From contig JBMZTB010000001.1 of the NCBI GenBank assembly GCA_049623485.1, positions 5,387 through 69,386 on the forward strand: 64,000 nucleotides of DNA. Reading direction: 5' to 3'. The position numbers were made by a program, and so were the translations under genes. The notes beneath the pieces were generated by a model that had not been told where the DNA came from, did no database searches, and saw only the letters and a list, made by a program, of their open reading frames with translations. This DNA is from Candidatus Poseidoniaceae archaeon. GTDB taxonomy: Archaea; Thermoplasmatota; Poseidoniia; Poseidoniales; Poseidoniaceae. Positions 51,490-60,487 of the stretch are shown here, piece by piece (the first letter of the stretch is position 1; each line of letters begins with the position of its first letter).

Positions 51490-51644
51490 GTCTTACCCGA
51501 CGCGTTCCACCTCTTTCAACGATTGGTATCGAATTCACAACTCGGATGAGCGATTAACACTCTAAAACAGGCCATTTGAGCCTCTAAACAGAGGGAACCA
51601 CTTATCAAGGATTCTTTGGTGGCCGCAGATACAGGTGTTCTAAA

Positions 51645-53744
51645 ATGATGGATAATATACCAATGATAGCCGCTGGTGCAGGTCTCGTGGGACTTGTAAT
51701 CGCGTTTGTGCTGTATCAGCAAGTAAACAAAGTAAAAATCGACAACGAAGTTGTTGCAGATATTACTGAGGAAATACAAAAAGGAGCCATGGCGTTCCTC
51801 TTTGCAGAATACAAAGTACTCTCAATCTTCGTCGTCGTTGTCGGTGCAGTTCTTGCATGGTTGAACGATCTCGATACAGCAATCGCATTCTTTGCAGGTG
51901 CAATTGCTTCTGTTCTTGCAGGATTCTCCGGAATGCGTGCAGCAACTTCAGCAAACGGTCGAACTGCTATGGCTGCAAAGAACGACGGTCAAGCAGGTGC
52001 ACTCGCAGTGTCATACAACGGAGGAGCCGTCATGGGTCTTTCAGTTGGTGGACTTGGTTTGCTCGGTATTTCTCTCATTGCATTCTGGCTCAACGCTGGA
52101 GAAACTACTAACGGTGCAATGAATCCAGTCAGCGCTGCTGCAGGATTCGGTATGGGTGCTTCTTCCATTGCCCTCTTCGCTCGTGTTGGTGGCGGTATTT
52201 ACACCAAGGCTGCCGACGTTGGTGCCGACCTGGTCGGTAAAGTCGAAGCAGGTATTCCTGAAGACGATCCTCGTAACCCCGGTGTTATCGCTGACAACGT
52301 CGGAGACAACGTTGGCGACGTCGCAGGAATGGGCGCTGATATCTTCGAATCCTTTGTCGGTTCAATTATCGCTGCAATGATTATCGCAAACGATTTCACT
52401 GGTGATAACACCAGCGACTATGTTCTCCTTCCAATTCTTCTAGGATTCATTGGATACACTGCCTCTATCATCGGTGTTTTCTCAATGACCTTACTCAAGA
52501 ACGGAAAAGACCCAGCAGCAGCCTTGCGAAACACCACGTTCATCGCAGCGATTTTGTTCTGGGCAGGCGGTTACCTCGCTATCCAACAAGGCCTCATCGA
52601 CGTGAAGTATGGCATTATGCACTCCGTTGTTCTGGGAAGCGTAATCGGAATTCTCATCGGACTCGTAACTGAATACTACACTGGGATTGAACCGGTCTTT
52701 GGAATCAAGACAAAAGCAATCCCTCACATTGGTGAAATGTCTAAGACCGGACCTGCGACCAACGCAATCGCAGGATTGTCTGTTGGTATGATGTCCACGT
52801 TTATTCCAGTCGTTCTGATCTCTCTAGGTATTCTTGGAGCCAACGAATTCGGTGGCGAAACATACGGATTGTATTGTATTGCCATGGCTGCAATGGGTAT
52901 GCTTGGAACAGTTGGTGTAACAATGACTGTTGACGCATACGGTCCAGTCGCAGACAACGCAGGTGGAATTGCAGAGATGAGTGGCCTTGGAGACGATGTT
53001 CGTGCAATTACTGACGAACTCGATTCCATCGGAAACACAACCGCTGCAGTCGGAAAAGGATTCGCAATCGGATCTGCTGCACTCACAGCACTCGCTCTCT
53101 TTGCAGCATATACTGCAGCAATCGGTACAGATGCCACAACCGGTGTTTCGTTGCTCAACCTTGAACTCACAGAACCAATGGTCGTTATCGGTCTTTTGAT
53201 CGGTGGTGGACTTCCGTTCGTCGTCGCTGCGATGACCATGACTTCAGTTGGAAAGGCTGCAGGGGACATGGTTGTTGAAATTCGACGTCAATTCAAGGAA
53301 ATCCCTGGGCTTCTCGAAGGCAAGGAAGGCGTTAAGCCAGATTCACAAACTTGTGTTGACATTTCAACCAAGGCTGCACTCCGTGAAATGGTTGGCCCTG
53401 GTGTTGTAGCAATTGTAGCTCCAGTCATTGTGGGATACGCGCTCGGTTGGAACGCTCTTGGCGGTCTTCTCGCTGGTTCTTTGGTTACAGGTGTTCTGAT
53501 GGCGCTCTTCATGGCAAACGCTGGTGGTGCTTGGGACAACGCAAAGAAAGCAATCGAACAAGGTCACATTGAAGGTGCAAAGAAGGGTGATGCAGCTCAC
53601 GATGCAGCAGTTATCGGCGACACAGTCGGTGATCCATTCAAGGACACATCCGGTCCATCATTGAACATTCTCATCAAGTTGATGTCCATCGTTGCAGTCG
53701 TTATGGCTGGAACTGGTAAACTCACTGAGACAGGACTTCTTTGA
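51645..53744 (+). CDS. hppA: Membrane-bound proton/sodium-translocating inorganic pyrophosphatase
   Basis: 699 aa polytopic protein. Signature motifs [19 protein letters not shown] and DNVGDNVGD. Confidence 0.9.
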   Translation: MMDNIPMIAAGAGLVGLVIAFVLYQQVNKVKIDNEVVADITEEIQKGAMAFLFAEYKVLSIFVVVVGAVLAWLNDLDTAIAFFAGAIASVLAGFSGMRAATSANGRTAMAAKNDGQAGALAVSYNGGAVMGLSVGGLGLLGISLIAFWLNAGETTNGAMNPVSAAAGFGMGASSIALFARVGGGIYTKAADVGADLVGKVEAGIPEDDPRNPGVIADNVGDNVGDVAGMGADIFESFVGSIIAAMIIANDFTGDNTSDYVLLPILLGFIGYTASIIGVFSMTLLKNGKDPAAALRNTTFIAAILFWAGGYLAIQQGLIDVKYGIMHSVVLGSVIGILIGLVTEYYTGIEPVFGIKTKAIPHIGEMSKTGPATNAIAGLSVGMMSTFIPVVLISLGILGANEFGGETYGLYCIAMAAMGMLGTVGVTMTVDAYGPVADNAGGIAEMSGLGDDVRAITDELDSIGNTTAAVGKGFAIGSAALTALALFAAYTAAIGTDATTGVSLLNLELTEPMVVIGLLIGGGLPFVVAAMTMTSVGKAAGDMVVEIRRQFKEIPGLLEGKEGVKPDSQTCVDISTKAALREMVGPGVVAIVAPVIVGYALGWNALGGLLAGSLVTGVLMALFMANAGGAWDNAKKAIEQGHIEGAKKGDAAHDAAVIGDTVGDPFKDTSGPSLNILIKLMSIVAVVMAGTGKLTETGLL

Positions 53745-53792
53745 TTCTCATCAAAGCGTTAGACTCTTGAGGAAGCGTCTGTACGGCGTTTC

Positions 53793-54764
53793 ATGACTGG
53801 AAGGCTCAAGGCTCCATTTTTGGTCCTGCTTCTCTTGTGTACAAGTGTTCTTGCAGGTTGTGTAAGTGATGCCGATTCTGCTGATGAAAAGGATACTACA
53901 ACCGATGATCAGAAGCAATTACCTGTTTGGGAGATTGGAGACAATTGGCTTTACACATTCATAACACCTCAATTTGGTGAAGACAGTGCACGTCTCGTTG
54001 TTGCTGAGATTGATTCTGATGAGGGAAATTACCAATTAGGAATTTCTTCGGAGCGAGAAGCCCAACGTCATGCTGTCATCAATCACAATCCATTCCTTGG
54101 GCGGATGACCATTGACGGTCTTTCGGTCTATGAGAATGGGGAGCCGCAACAAGTTTTTGCGTTCCCATGGACAATTGATCAACAATGGACGTTTACATTA
54201 TTTGGTCAAGAGTGGACTGCTACAACGGACTCCATAACAAACGGGAACGTCCGTGTTAGTGCAGAATCTGCTGAAGGACATGAGATGGATTACACATTTA
54301 GTGGAAGTAAGAGTTTCTTGGAACGCTTTGTTTGGCGAGATTCAGATGGAGTCATACAATTACGTATGGATCTGAATATCGCTCGTTCAAATTACGAAGG
54401 GGATGTGTTCTTCTATCGGGCAAGAGATCTCATCGATCGGATGTATGAAGAAAATGATCAAGAAATCTACGATACATTCCTCGATGAGGGTCATCCTTCA
54501 GAAGGCGATTGGAACACACTCGTCTGGTACCTTGATGTCGAGATTGCATCGAATGGGCCTGCGTCTGGTTCCTTGACAATGAAAGATCATGCTGGAGCAT
54601 CTCCTCTAACACGAGCATGGGGTTCAGGAGCAACCGAGAAAGGGGCTATTGGAACAATACCGTCCAATTCTGGGGAATATTCCTTGACTGTTACTGTACG
54701 AGGGCCATCTTCCTATATCCATCTACGTGTTGCCGGAGCTCTTGTGTTCCAGTGGACTCTTTGA
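53793..54764 (+). CDS. Secreted lipoprotein-like hypothetical protein
   Basis: Signal peptide LLLLCTSVLAGCVSD (lipobox-like LAGC). Asp/Thr-rich linker. No known motif. Confidence 0.45.
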   Translation: MTGRLKAPFLVLLLLCTSVLAGCVSDADSADEKDTTTDDQKQLPVWEIGDNWLYTFITPQFGEDSARLVVAEIDSDEGNYQLGISSEREAQRHAVINHNPFLGRMTIDGLSVYENGEPQQVFAFPWTIDQQWTFTLFGQEWTATTDSITNGNVRVSAESAEGHEMDYTFSGSKSFLERFVWRDSDGVIQLRMDLNIARSNYEGDVFFYRARDLIDRMYEENDQEIYDTFLDEGHPSEGDWNTLVWYLDVEIASNGPASGSLTMKDHAGASPLTRAWGSGATEKGAIGTIPSNSGEYSLTVTVRGPSSYIHLRVAGALVFQWTL

Positions 54765-54773
54765 GGTGGTTCC

Positions 54774-55376
54774 TTGCCCACGCTTGTCATGATGCATGGT
54801 ATGACAGGTACTGCTGAAATGATGAGGCCATTTGCAGAGAAGATTCTTCCAGAAGGTTGGACCTTGCTTGTACCAGATGCACGCTTTTCCCATCCAACAC
54901 GTGGGAATACGTGGTGGAGGTATGAAGATGAGAATCCAGATGTGACTCGTAGATTACAACTTTCGAGAAGAGAACTCATGGATGTTGACTCTTCATTATC
55001 CCAACTCGAGAAACTTATTGCCGAAGAAGCCCCGCTAGGACCGTTGGTTGTAGGTGGCTTTTCACAGGGAGGTGCGATGGCACAAGAAATGCTGCAACTG
55101 CCTTTGGCGGATCGCATCATCGGACTTGTCGCTCTTGGCACTCGCCTTGTCCGGCCTATGGAATTACGATTACGGCTCGAAGAATTGGATTCAAAGCACA
55201 TGTTTTGGATGCATGGTGTGCGTGACGTCCGTGTTCCAATTGAAGATGGATGGGCAGTAGCCCATTTGTTTGAAGGTGCAGGTTGGCCTGTTGAACTTGT
55301 GGAACATCGTAAGGGGCATATGATTCCAACCGAACACCATGAAATTCTCAAGAACTGGCTTGAGAATCTCGTTTGA
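54774..55376 (+). CDS. Alpha/beta hydrolase of the phospholipase/carboxylesterase family
   Basis: Nucleophile elbow GFSQGGAMA. Catalytic His near the C-terminus (HRKGHMIP). 200 aa. Confidence 0.65.
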   Translation: MPTLVMMHGMTGTAEMMRPFAEKILPEGWTLLVPDARFSHPTRGNTWWRYEDENPDVTRRLQLSRRELMDVDSSLSQLEKLIAEEAPLGPLVVGGFSQGGAMAQEMLQLPLADRIIGLVALGTRLVRPMELRLRLEELDSKHMFWMHGVRDVRVPIEDGWAVAHLFEGAGWPVELVEHRKGHMIPTEHHEILKNWLENLV

Positions 55377-55649
55377 TTACAATGGATATTTGCTTAACTC
55401 ATCAAAACCGCCAATGAATATACGCTCTTGGCTTCGCAAATCAAAGATCACTGGAACAGTTCGATGATGAGTTGCTTCGACGACCTCTTCTCTCAGTTGT
55501 GATGGCTCGCTGTCAAATGAAATCTCCGTGTAAGGAAGACTTTTCTGGTCAAGGAAACGTTTTGCAGCAGTGCAATATCCACAGAATTTTCCAGTAAATA
55601 CGAGAAATTGACCTTGGTGCTTCTCTAATAGTTCCACAAACATGAGCAT
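55377..55649 (-). CDS. Glutaredoxin-like protein
   Basis: CGYC dithiol motif in a thioredoxin-fold-sized (90 aa) protein. TVP cis-Pro motif. GG motif. Confidence 0.6.
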   Translation of the reverse strand: MLMFVELLEKHQGQFLVFTGKFCGYCTAAKRFLDQKSLPYTEISFDSEPSQLREEVVEATHHRTVPVIFDLRSQERIFIGGFDELSKYPL

Positions 55650-55723
55650 GTCTCATGACCTTCATTCATAAAGTCATGGTTTCACGGCAAATACCAACGC
55701 TTGATATATCTTAGTCACTTAGA

Positions 55724-56230
55724 ATGTCCATGGTTGGTAGCGTGGTCATTCTTGCTGCCTCCTCTGGTAAAAACTACGCTCTGGCTAACAAATTCTCTGA
55801 TTCATTCACTGACAAAGGCGTGAACTCAGTCGTAGTCGACCTAACACAGTTGGACTGGCCTCTTTACACGCCTGAAAATGAAAAGAATCCGAATGTTGTT
55901 CCAGAAATAACCTCATTATCTGATTTAATTTTAGATGCACGGGCCCTCGTTGTTTGTGCCCCTGAATACAACGGTGTCATGCCTCCAGTTCTGAATAACT
56001 GCATCGCTTGGCTCTCTGTCCAAAGCGATGACTTCCGCCTTCTTTTTAACAATAAAACGGTTCTCTTAGCCACTCATAGCGGAGGCGGTGGAGCGCATTG
56101 CCTGATGGCCATGCGGCAACAATTTTCCCACCTTGGTAGCAATGTTATCGGCCGGTCAATGACATTGAATAAATCAAAAGAATTTTCTCAATCAACTATG
56201 GATGATCTCGTGGACAGGGTGATACAATGA
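55724..56230 (+). CDS. NAD(P)H-dependent FMN reductase (flavodoxin-like fold)
   Basis: VVILAASSGKNYALA and PEYNGVMPPVLNNCIAWLS match the NADPH-dependent FMN reductase family pattern. Confidence 0.65.
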   Translation: MSMVGSVVILAASSGKNYALANKFSDSFTDKGVNSVVVDLTQLDWPLYTPENEKNPNVVPEITSLSDLILDARALVVCAPEYNGVMPPVLNNCIAWLSVQSDDFRLLFNNKTVLLATHSGGGGAHCLMAMRQQFSHLGSNVIGRSMTLNKSKEFSQSTMDDLVDRVIQ

Positions 56231-57069
56231 CAAACAGAACAGTACGAATGACGGCGCCTACTCACAGAACACTCGAAGGAGGAGGCTTTCCAGTACGTAG
56301 GCCTGCTGCAATGGGTTCACTGATGAGCCCTTTCTTGCTTCTGGATGAAATGGGTCCAGTTGAATGGGGACCAAGAGAAGCGATTGGAGCCCCAGATCAT
56401 CCGCACAGGGGGTTTGAAACCGTGACCTATTTGCTTGAAGGCGCCATGCAACACGCAGACAGTGCAGGTAATCGCGGTGATCTCAATCCCGGAGATGTTC
56501 AATGGATGACAGCTGGACGGGGAGTGATTCACTCTGAATTGCCACAGGATGATTTCTTTGAAACCGGAGGTCTCACTCACGGTTTCCAAATTTGGGTCAA
56601 TTTGCCATCCGAACATAAAATGATGGATCCAAGGTATCAAGACATACCCGCACATCAAATTCCAAAGGCTGAGAGTGACGATGGGCAAGTACACGCAGTT
56701 GTTATTGCCGGTGAGGCATTTGGTGTATCAGCAGTTATTGATACAGTCATCCCAATTCAACTCATTCACGTAAAAATGGAGCCAAACAGTTCGTTTACAC
56801 ATTCGATTCAATCCGATCTTAATGTCATGACATATGTATTCGGTGGAAGTCTATCAATTGAAACAAAAACAGTTGAAGATGGTCAATTAGGCATCTTGAC
56901 ACAGGGGGAGAAAATCAACTTCAAAACCAGTGGGCAGGGAGCTGAATTTTTATTGATGGGTGGCCCTGAATTGAATGAGCCAATCGCACGCTATGGTCCG
57001 TTTGTGATGAACACGCGAGAAGAGATACACCAAGCGGTTATTGACTTCCAAAATGGTACGCTTGCCTAG
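56227..57069 (+). CDS. Pirin-family (bicupin) protein
   Basis: HPHRGFETVTYLLEG pirin N-terminal metal-binding motif. 280 aa. 4-nt overlap with the upstream gene. Confidence 0.85.
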   Translation: MTNRTVRMTAPTHRTLEGGGFPVRRPAAMGSLMSPFLLLDEMGPVEWGPREAIGAPDHPHRGFETVTYLLEGAMQHADSAGNRGDLNPGDVQWMTAGRGVIHSELPQDDFFETGGLTHGFQIWVNLPSEHKMMDPRYQDIPAHQIPKAESDDGQVHAVVIAGEAFGVSAVIDTVIPIQLIHVKMEPNSSFTHSIQSDLNVMTYVFGGSLSIETKTVEDGQLGILTQGEKINFKTSGQGAEFLLMGGPELNEPIARYGPFVMNTREEIHQAVIDFQNGTLA

Positions 57070-57119
57070 GTCCCACATGGCCAACGGTTATGAACAAGAG
57101 ATTGGTCGGCAGAACATCG

Positions 57120-57197
57120 GCTCGTGTGGTGTAGCCAGGTCCATCATAGTGGGTTTTCATCCCGCCGACCCGGGTTCGAATCCCGGCACGAGCACCA
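57120..57197 (+). tRNA. tRNA-Glu (anticodon UUC) with genome-encoded 3' CCA
   Basis: Manual fold. Acceptor stem gctcgtg/cacgagc. D-arm GUGU...UCAU. Anticodon stem gtggg/cccgc with loop uuUUCau. T-arm ccggg-ttcgaat-cccgg. Discriminator A then CCA. Confidence 0.75.
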
Positions 57198-57260
57198 AAG
57201 ATGAACTTCGTTCATTTCCACCCAGAACTTTATACATGCCATATATATGGCAAGCCTATC

Positions 57261-57929
57261 ATGAGCGGCTCTCGTATGCTTGGAATTATGCAAGTAAAGA
57301 TCTCAACAGAACTTGGGGCGGAGAATTCTATTCCAGGTGTCGCATTGCTGGATTTATTTCATTCGGTTGAATTTCTAAAGGAATTCAAAGTGGATAACAA
57401 CCATCCAGTCTATCTTTTGAAATGTGGATTAAAATCTTTAAAAGAGTTCCAAGATTTTTCAAAAAATGAATCTCTTGAGGTTCTCAAAATCTATGAGTTC
57501 AATGATTCATCCGCAATTTTCTCAGCAATAATGACTGGTCCGATTCCTCAAATCATTTCAATGTTTGATGAGGTTTGGCCAACCTCGCCTACTATGCTCA
57601 ATTCTGATGAACTTATACTTACACTGCAAGGCAGCTCCAACGGATTGATGAAAGCTCGCAAACAACTTATCGAATTGTTGGGAGATACCTTCAAGATCAG
57701 TGTAAACAATAATTTCCAGGGTCAATGGGATACTGCTCCAGGACTTCCACGAAGGCGTAAAGAGGTGCTTGAAACCGCTATCGAGATGGGTTACTACAAC
57801 GCACCTCGAAAATGTCGACAAAGAGACATCGCAGATGCAATTGGCCTTAAGCAAGGTACAGTTGCGGAGCACCTACAAATTGCTGAGTCGTTGATTATCA
57901 AGGCTTGGTTCAATCAGGGTAGAACCTAA
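57261..57929 (+). CDS. Transcription regulator with a C-terminal HTH_10 (Bat-type) DNA-binding domain. Track ORF starts at 57201, directly abutting the tRNA; the internal Met is preferred.
   Basis: C-terminal RDIADAIGLKQGTVAEHLQIAESLII is typical of the halobacterial-type HTH_10 domain. Confidence 0.55.
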   Translation: MSGSRMLGIMQVKISTELGAENSIPGVALLDLFHSVEFLKEFKVDNNHPVYLLKCGLKSLKEFQDFSKNESLEVLKIYEFNDSSAIFSAIMTGPIPQIISMFDEVWPTSPTMLNSDELILTLQGSSNGLMKARKQLIELLGDTFKISVNNNFQGQWDTAPGLPRRRKEVLETAIEMGYYNAPRKCRQRDIADAIGLKQGTVAEHLQIAESLIIKAWFNQGRT

Positions 57930-57954
57930 TCGAATGAACTCATGTTCCCGACTC

Positions 57955-58557
57955 TCATTCACGTTGAGAATTGGTTGAAGTATTTGTTTTCATAAACCAC
58001 CATACAATGATGCCAAGAGTGAGGATAAGGATCACTCCCATCAATAATTCTCGATCAAGTATCCATTCAACCGCTCTCATCGCAGACTCTCCGTACATGA
58101 ATATGAACAGAGCTTCAAGTCCAAATCGAAGACCCCTACCAAAAATTCCCGCAAGAATAAATGGCCGTAATTTCATATCACTTGCCCCAGCAATCCATCC
58201 AAAGACTTTGTAGGGTAACGGGGAAACTGCCGCTATGAACATGCCAAGAGTTCCATACCGCTCAAACAGTTTCTCGAGTTGTGAACGATGATGTGGCTTG
58301 CCAAATTTATCGATTAATTTCGTTCCGTATCTTTTTCCCAATGCATGACCAATGATCGCTCCAAGGACAGATGAAATTGTGACGACAAACCAAAGCCAAA
58401 TCAGCAAACCCTCGTTGTTTCTTGCATCGTAAGCCATCGGTAAAAACAGTACATCGGGTGGAATTGGTTGGATTATCGCTTCCGTGAATGAGAGGAGAGC
58501 TAAGGCTAATGGTCCAAACGATTCGAAGAAGTCGAGTATGACCTCTTCTCCAAACAT
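57955..58557 (-). CDS. DedA/SNARE-associated (VTT-domain) family membrane protein. Start placed at the internal Met; track ORF extends to 58716.
   Basis: Motifs FTEAIIQPIPPDVLFLPMAY and GKRYGTKLIDKFG resemble the DedA family. Four TM helices. Confidence 0.6.
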   Translation of the reverse strand: MFGEEVILDFFESFGPLALALLSFTEAIIQPIPPDVLFLPMAYDARNNEGLLIWLWFVVTISSVLGAIIGHALGKRYGTKLIDKFGKPHHRSQLEKLFERYGTLGMFIAAVSPLPYKVFGWIAGASDMKLRPFILAGIFGRGLRFGLEALFIFMYGESAMRAVEWILDRELLMGVILILTLGIIVWWFMKTNTSTNSQRE

Positions 58558-58635
58558 AGTTCTTGGTGTCGATGTTGCTTCTTGAGTATATGGGTCATCG
58601 GTGCCTTCTTTACATCGATTCCCTAGCAAAATATA

Positions 58636-59124
58636 ATGCGCGTCCTCGATACTGCTGCCTTGCTTCATTGGCCAGTTGATCGTTGCCGAGGCGGAATCGT
58701 TGCAATTTCTCAACAAGTTGAGTTGCTAAGGGTCGATGAACAACGTTCAATGTTGATGGAATCAGCATCACTCGATTGGCAAGTACCGCTCGAAACTGCT
58801 CTACAACAAGCCAGGGAAATCGCCTCTGAAACTGGAGATTTACCTCGACTTTCATCGGTGGATTTGGACGTGCTCGCCTTAGCAATTGACCTTAATCTTA
58901 CGTTGGTTACGGATGATTATCGAATGAAAAATGTGGCACGTAAAGCAGGGATTGCTGTTGAAGGTGTCCTTACTACGGGTGGGAAAAAGCAGTGGAAGTG
59001 GATTCTTCGTTGCATTGGTTGCAGGGCAGAAGAAGATGTGCCTTCAAATGCAAAACAATCGAAGAAAGATGATGTACAATTGTGCGATCGATGTGGGTCG
59101 CCAATGAAATTGAAAAAAGGCTAA
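58636..59124 (+). CDS. PIN-domain protein with a C-terminal zinc ribbon (Nob1-like ribonuclease)
   Basis: N-terminal VLDTAALL (PIN acidic residue). C-terminal CIGC...CDRCGSPM zinc ribbon. 162 aa, the typical archaeal Nob1 size. Confidence 0.5.
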   Translation: MRVLDTAALLHWPVDRCRGGIVAISQQVELLRVDEQRSMLMESASLDWQVPLETALQQAREIASETGDLPRLSSVDLDVLALAIDLNLTLVTDDYRMKNVARKAGIAVEGVLTTGGKKQWKWILRCIGCRAEEDVPSNAKQSKKDDVQLCDRCGSPMKLKKG

Positions 59125-59427
59125 TCACTCTTCATCGTTGAGTGATTCAAGAGCATTGACTTTTTTCTCTAATTCTTCAATAGACATTCCTTCAGGGTCA
59201 ATGCCAACTGCCTTTGCCCTTTCCATAAGAACTTGGTCTGCCGTTTTTCCACCTGCTTCTAAATCAGCGATTGTTGCAGCAGTTGTTGCTTCTGAAAGAC
59301 CTTTGTTGAATTCGCCTTTCGAGCGGCCAAGAGCGTTTGCCATTTTTGGTAATCGTTCAGCGCCAAACAAGATGAAGAAGATGGCCAAAAGAATGACGAT
59401 TTCGAGTGGTCCAGGACTAAATGCCAT
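59125..59427 (-). CDS. tatA: Twin-arginine translocase subunit TatA/E
   Basis: N-terminal TM IVILLAIFFILFG followed by an amphipathic helix and an acidic tail. 100 aa. Confidence 0.75.
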   Translation of the reverse strand: MAFSPGPLEIVILLAIFFILFGAERLPKMANALGRSKGEFNKGLSEATTAATIADLEAGGKTADQVLMERAKAVGIDPEGMSIEELEKKVNALESLNDEE

Positions 59428-59498
59428 TGTATTCCCTATACACCCCTATACGTCCTTGCTTTCAAGGGTTACCATCGCTTGAGGGCGAATTAGAACAT

Positions 59499-59747
59499 TC
59501 AGCCACCAGATACTGGGGGGAGAAGAGCGACTTCGTCACCTTGTTCTGGATGGATGTCGAGAGGACATCTCTCGCCGTTTAAGGCCACGGCAAGACCCTG
59601 GCCAATCCAGTGTTGCATATCCAATGCTCGAACAATATCTTCGATACTCATTCCTTGAAACCATTCGATTTTTGAGGTTCTGGATCCAATAGCCTCAGCG
59701 ATTGGGCCAAACGCCAGCACACGTACATACCCTGCAACCTCGGTCAT
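59499..59747 (-). CDS. MoaD/ThiS-family ubiquitin-like small protein (SAMP-like) ending in Gly-Gly
   Basis: C-terminus DEVALLPPVSGG. Beta-grasp size (about 83 aa from the internal Met). Confidence 0.7.
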   Translation of the reverse strand: MTEVAGYVRVLAFGPIAEAIGSRTSKIEWFQGMSIEDIVRALDMQHWIGQGLAVALNGERCPLDIHPEQGDEVALLPPVSGG

Positions 59748-59797
59748 GCATCGGGATTCATGCGGTAGTTTATCAATACGCAGCCGTAAGGTTTTGC

Positions 59798-60487
59798 ATG
59801 GCGTTAGCACTCAAGGCGGAAAGCTTGTGGAAACTCTACGAATCAGGAGAATCCGTCATTAAGGCTGTCGAGGACGTTTCTCTCGAGGTTGAACAAGGAA
59901 CAATGATTGCAATTATGGGGCCTTCTGGATGTGGGAAAACCACCCTGCTGAACGTCCTTTCTGGAATCGATGAACCATCGTCTGGTTCAGTCGCAATCAA
60001 TGGCCAGAATTTGTACGGGTCAAACGATGATGTCCGAACCCGTGTTCGAGGCAAAAATATGGGATTTATTTTCCAAGAATTCAATCTCCTTCCTGTCATG
60101 ACTGCATTGGAGAATGTTGAGTTGCCTCTTCTTTTGCAGGGTAAAACATCCATCGATGCAAGAGATGAGGCCACAAAAGCGCTAACCGCTGTTGGCTTAG
60201 GCGATAGATTGCATCATCGGCCAGCAGAATTGTCAGGAGGTCAACAGCAACGGGTTGCAGTAGCCAGGGCAGTCGTTCATCGACCTGCCATTGTTCTCTG
60301 CGATGAACCTACGGGAAATCTCGATACAGAAACCTCTGAATCAATAATCGGATTGTTGCGAACCTTATGCAAAGTCGGGAATACAACATTTCTGATTGTC
60401 ACTCACGATCATTCAATTGCGGAACAATGTGACCGTGTTCTTCAGATGGCTGATGGGAAATTTCTTCAAGCATCTGAGGAGGAATGA
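59798..60487 (+). CDS. ABC transporter ATP-binding protein (MacB/LolD-like). Start at the internal Met; track ORF from 59702.
   Basis: Walker A GPSGCGKTT. Signature LSGGQQQRV. Walker B VLCDEPT. H-loop. Confidence 0.85.
   Translation: MALALKAESLWKLYESGESVIKAVEDVSLEVEQGTMIAIMGPSGCGKTTLLNVLSGIDEPSSGSVAINGQNLYGSNDDVRTRVRGKNMGFIFQEFNLLPVMTALENVELPLLLQGKTSIDARDEATKALTAVGLGDRLHHRPAELSGGQQQRVAVARAVVHRPAIVLCDEPTGNLDTETSESIIGLLRTLCKVGNTTFLIVTHDHSIAEQCDRVLQMADGKFLQASEEE

Noticed and set aside
52724-53269. 181-aa reverse-strand ORF inside hppA
   Set aside because: It is antisense to the pyrophosphatase gene, whose signature motifs are intact on the + strand.
57041-57370. 109-aa track ORF spanning the tRNA-Glu
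   Set aside because: It overlaps a confidently folded tRNA gene and its translation has no recognisable features. It is spurious.
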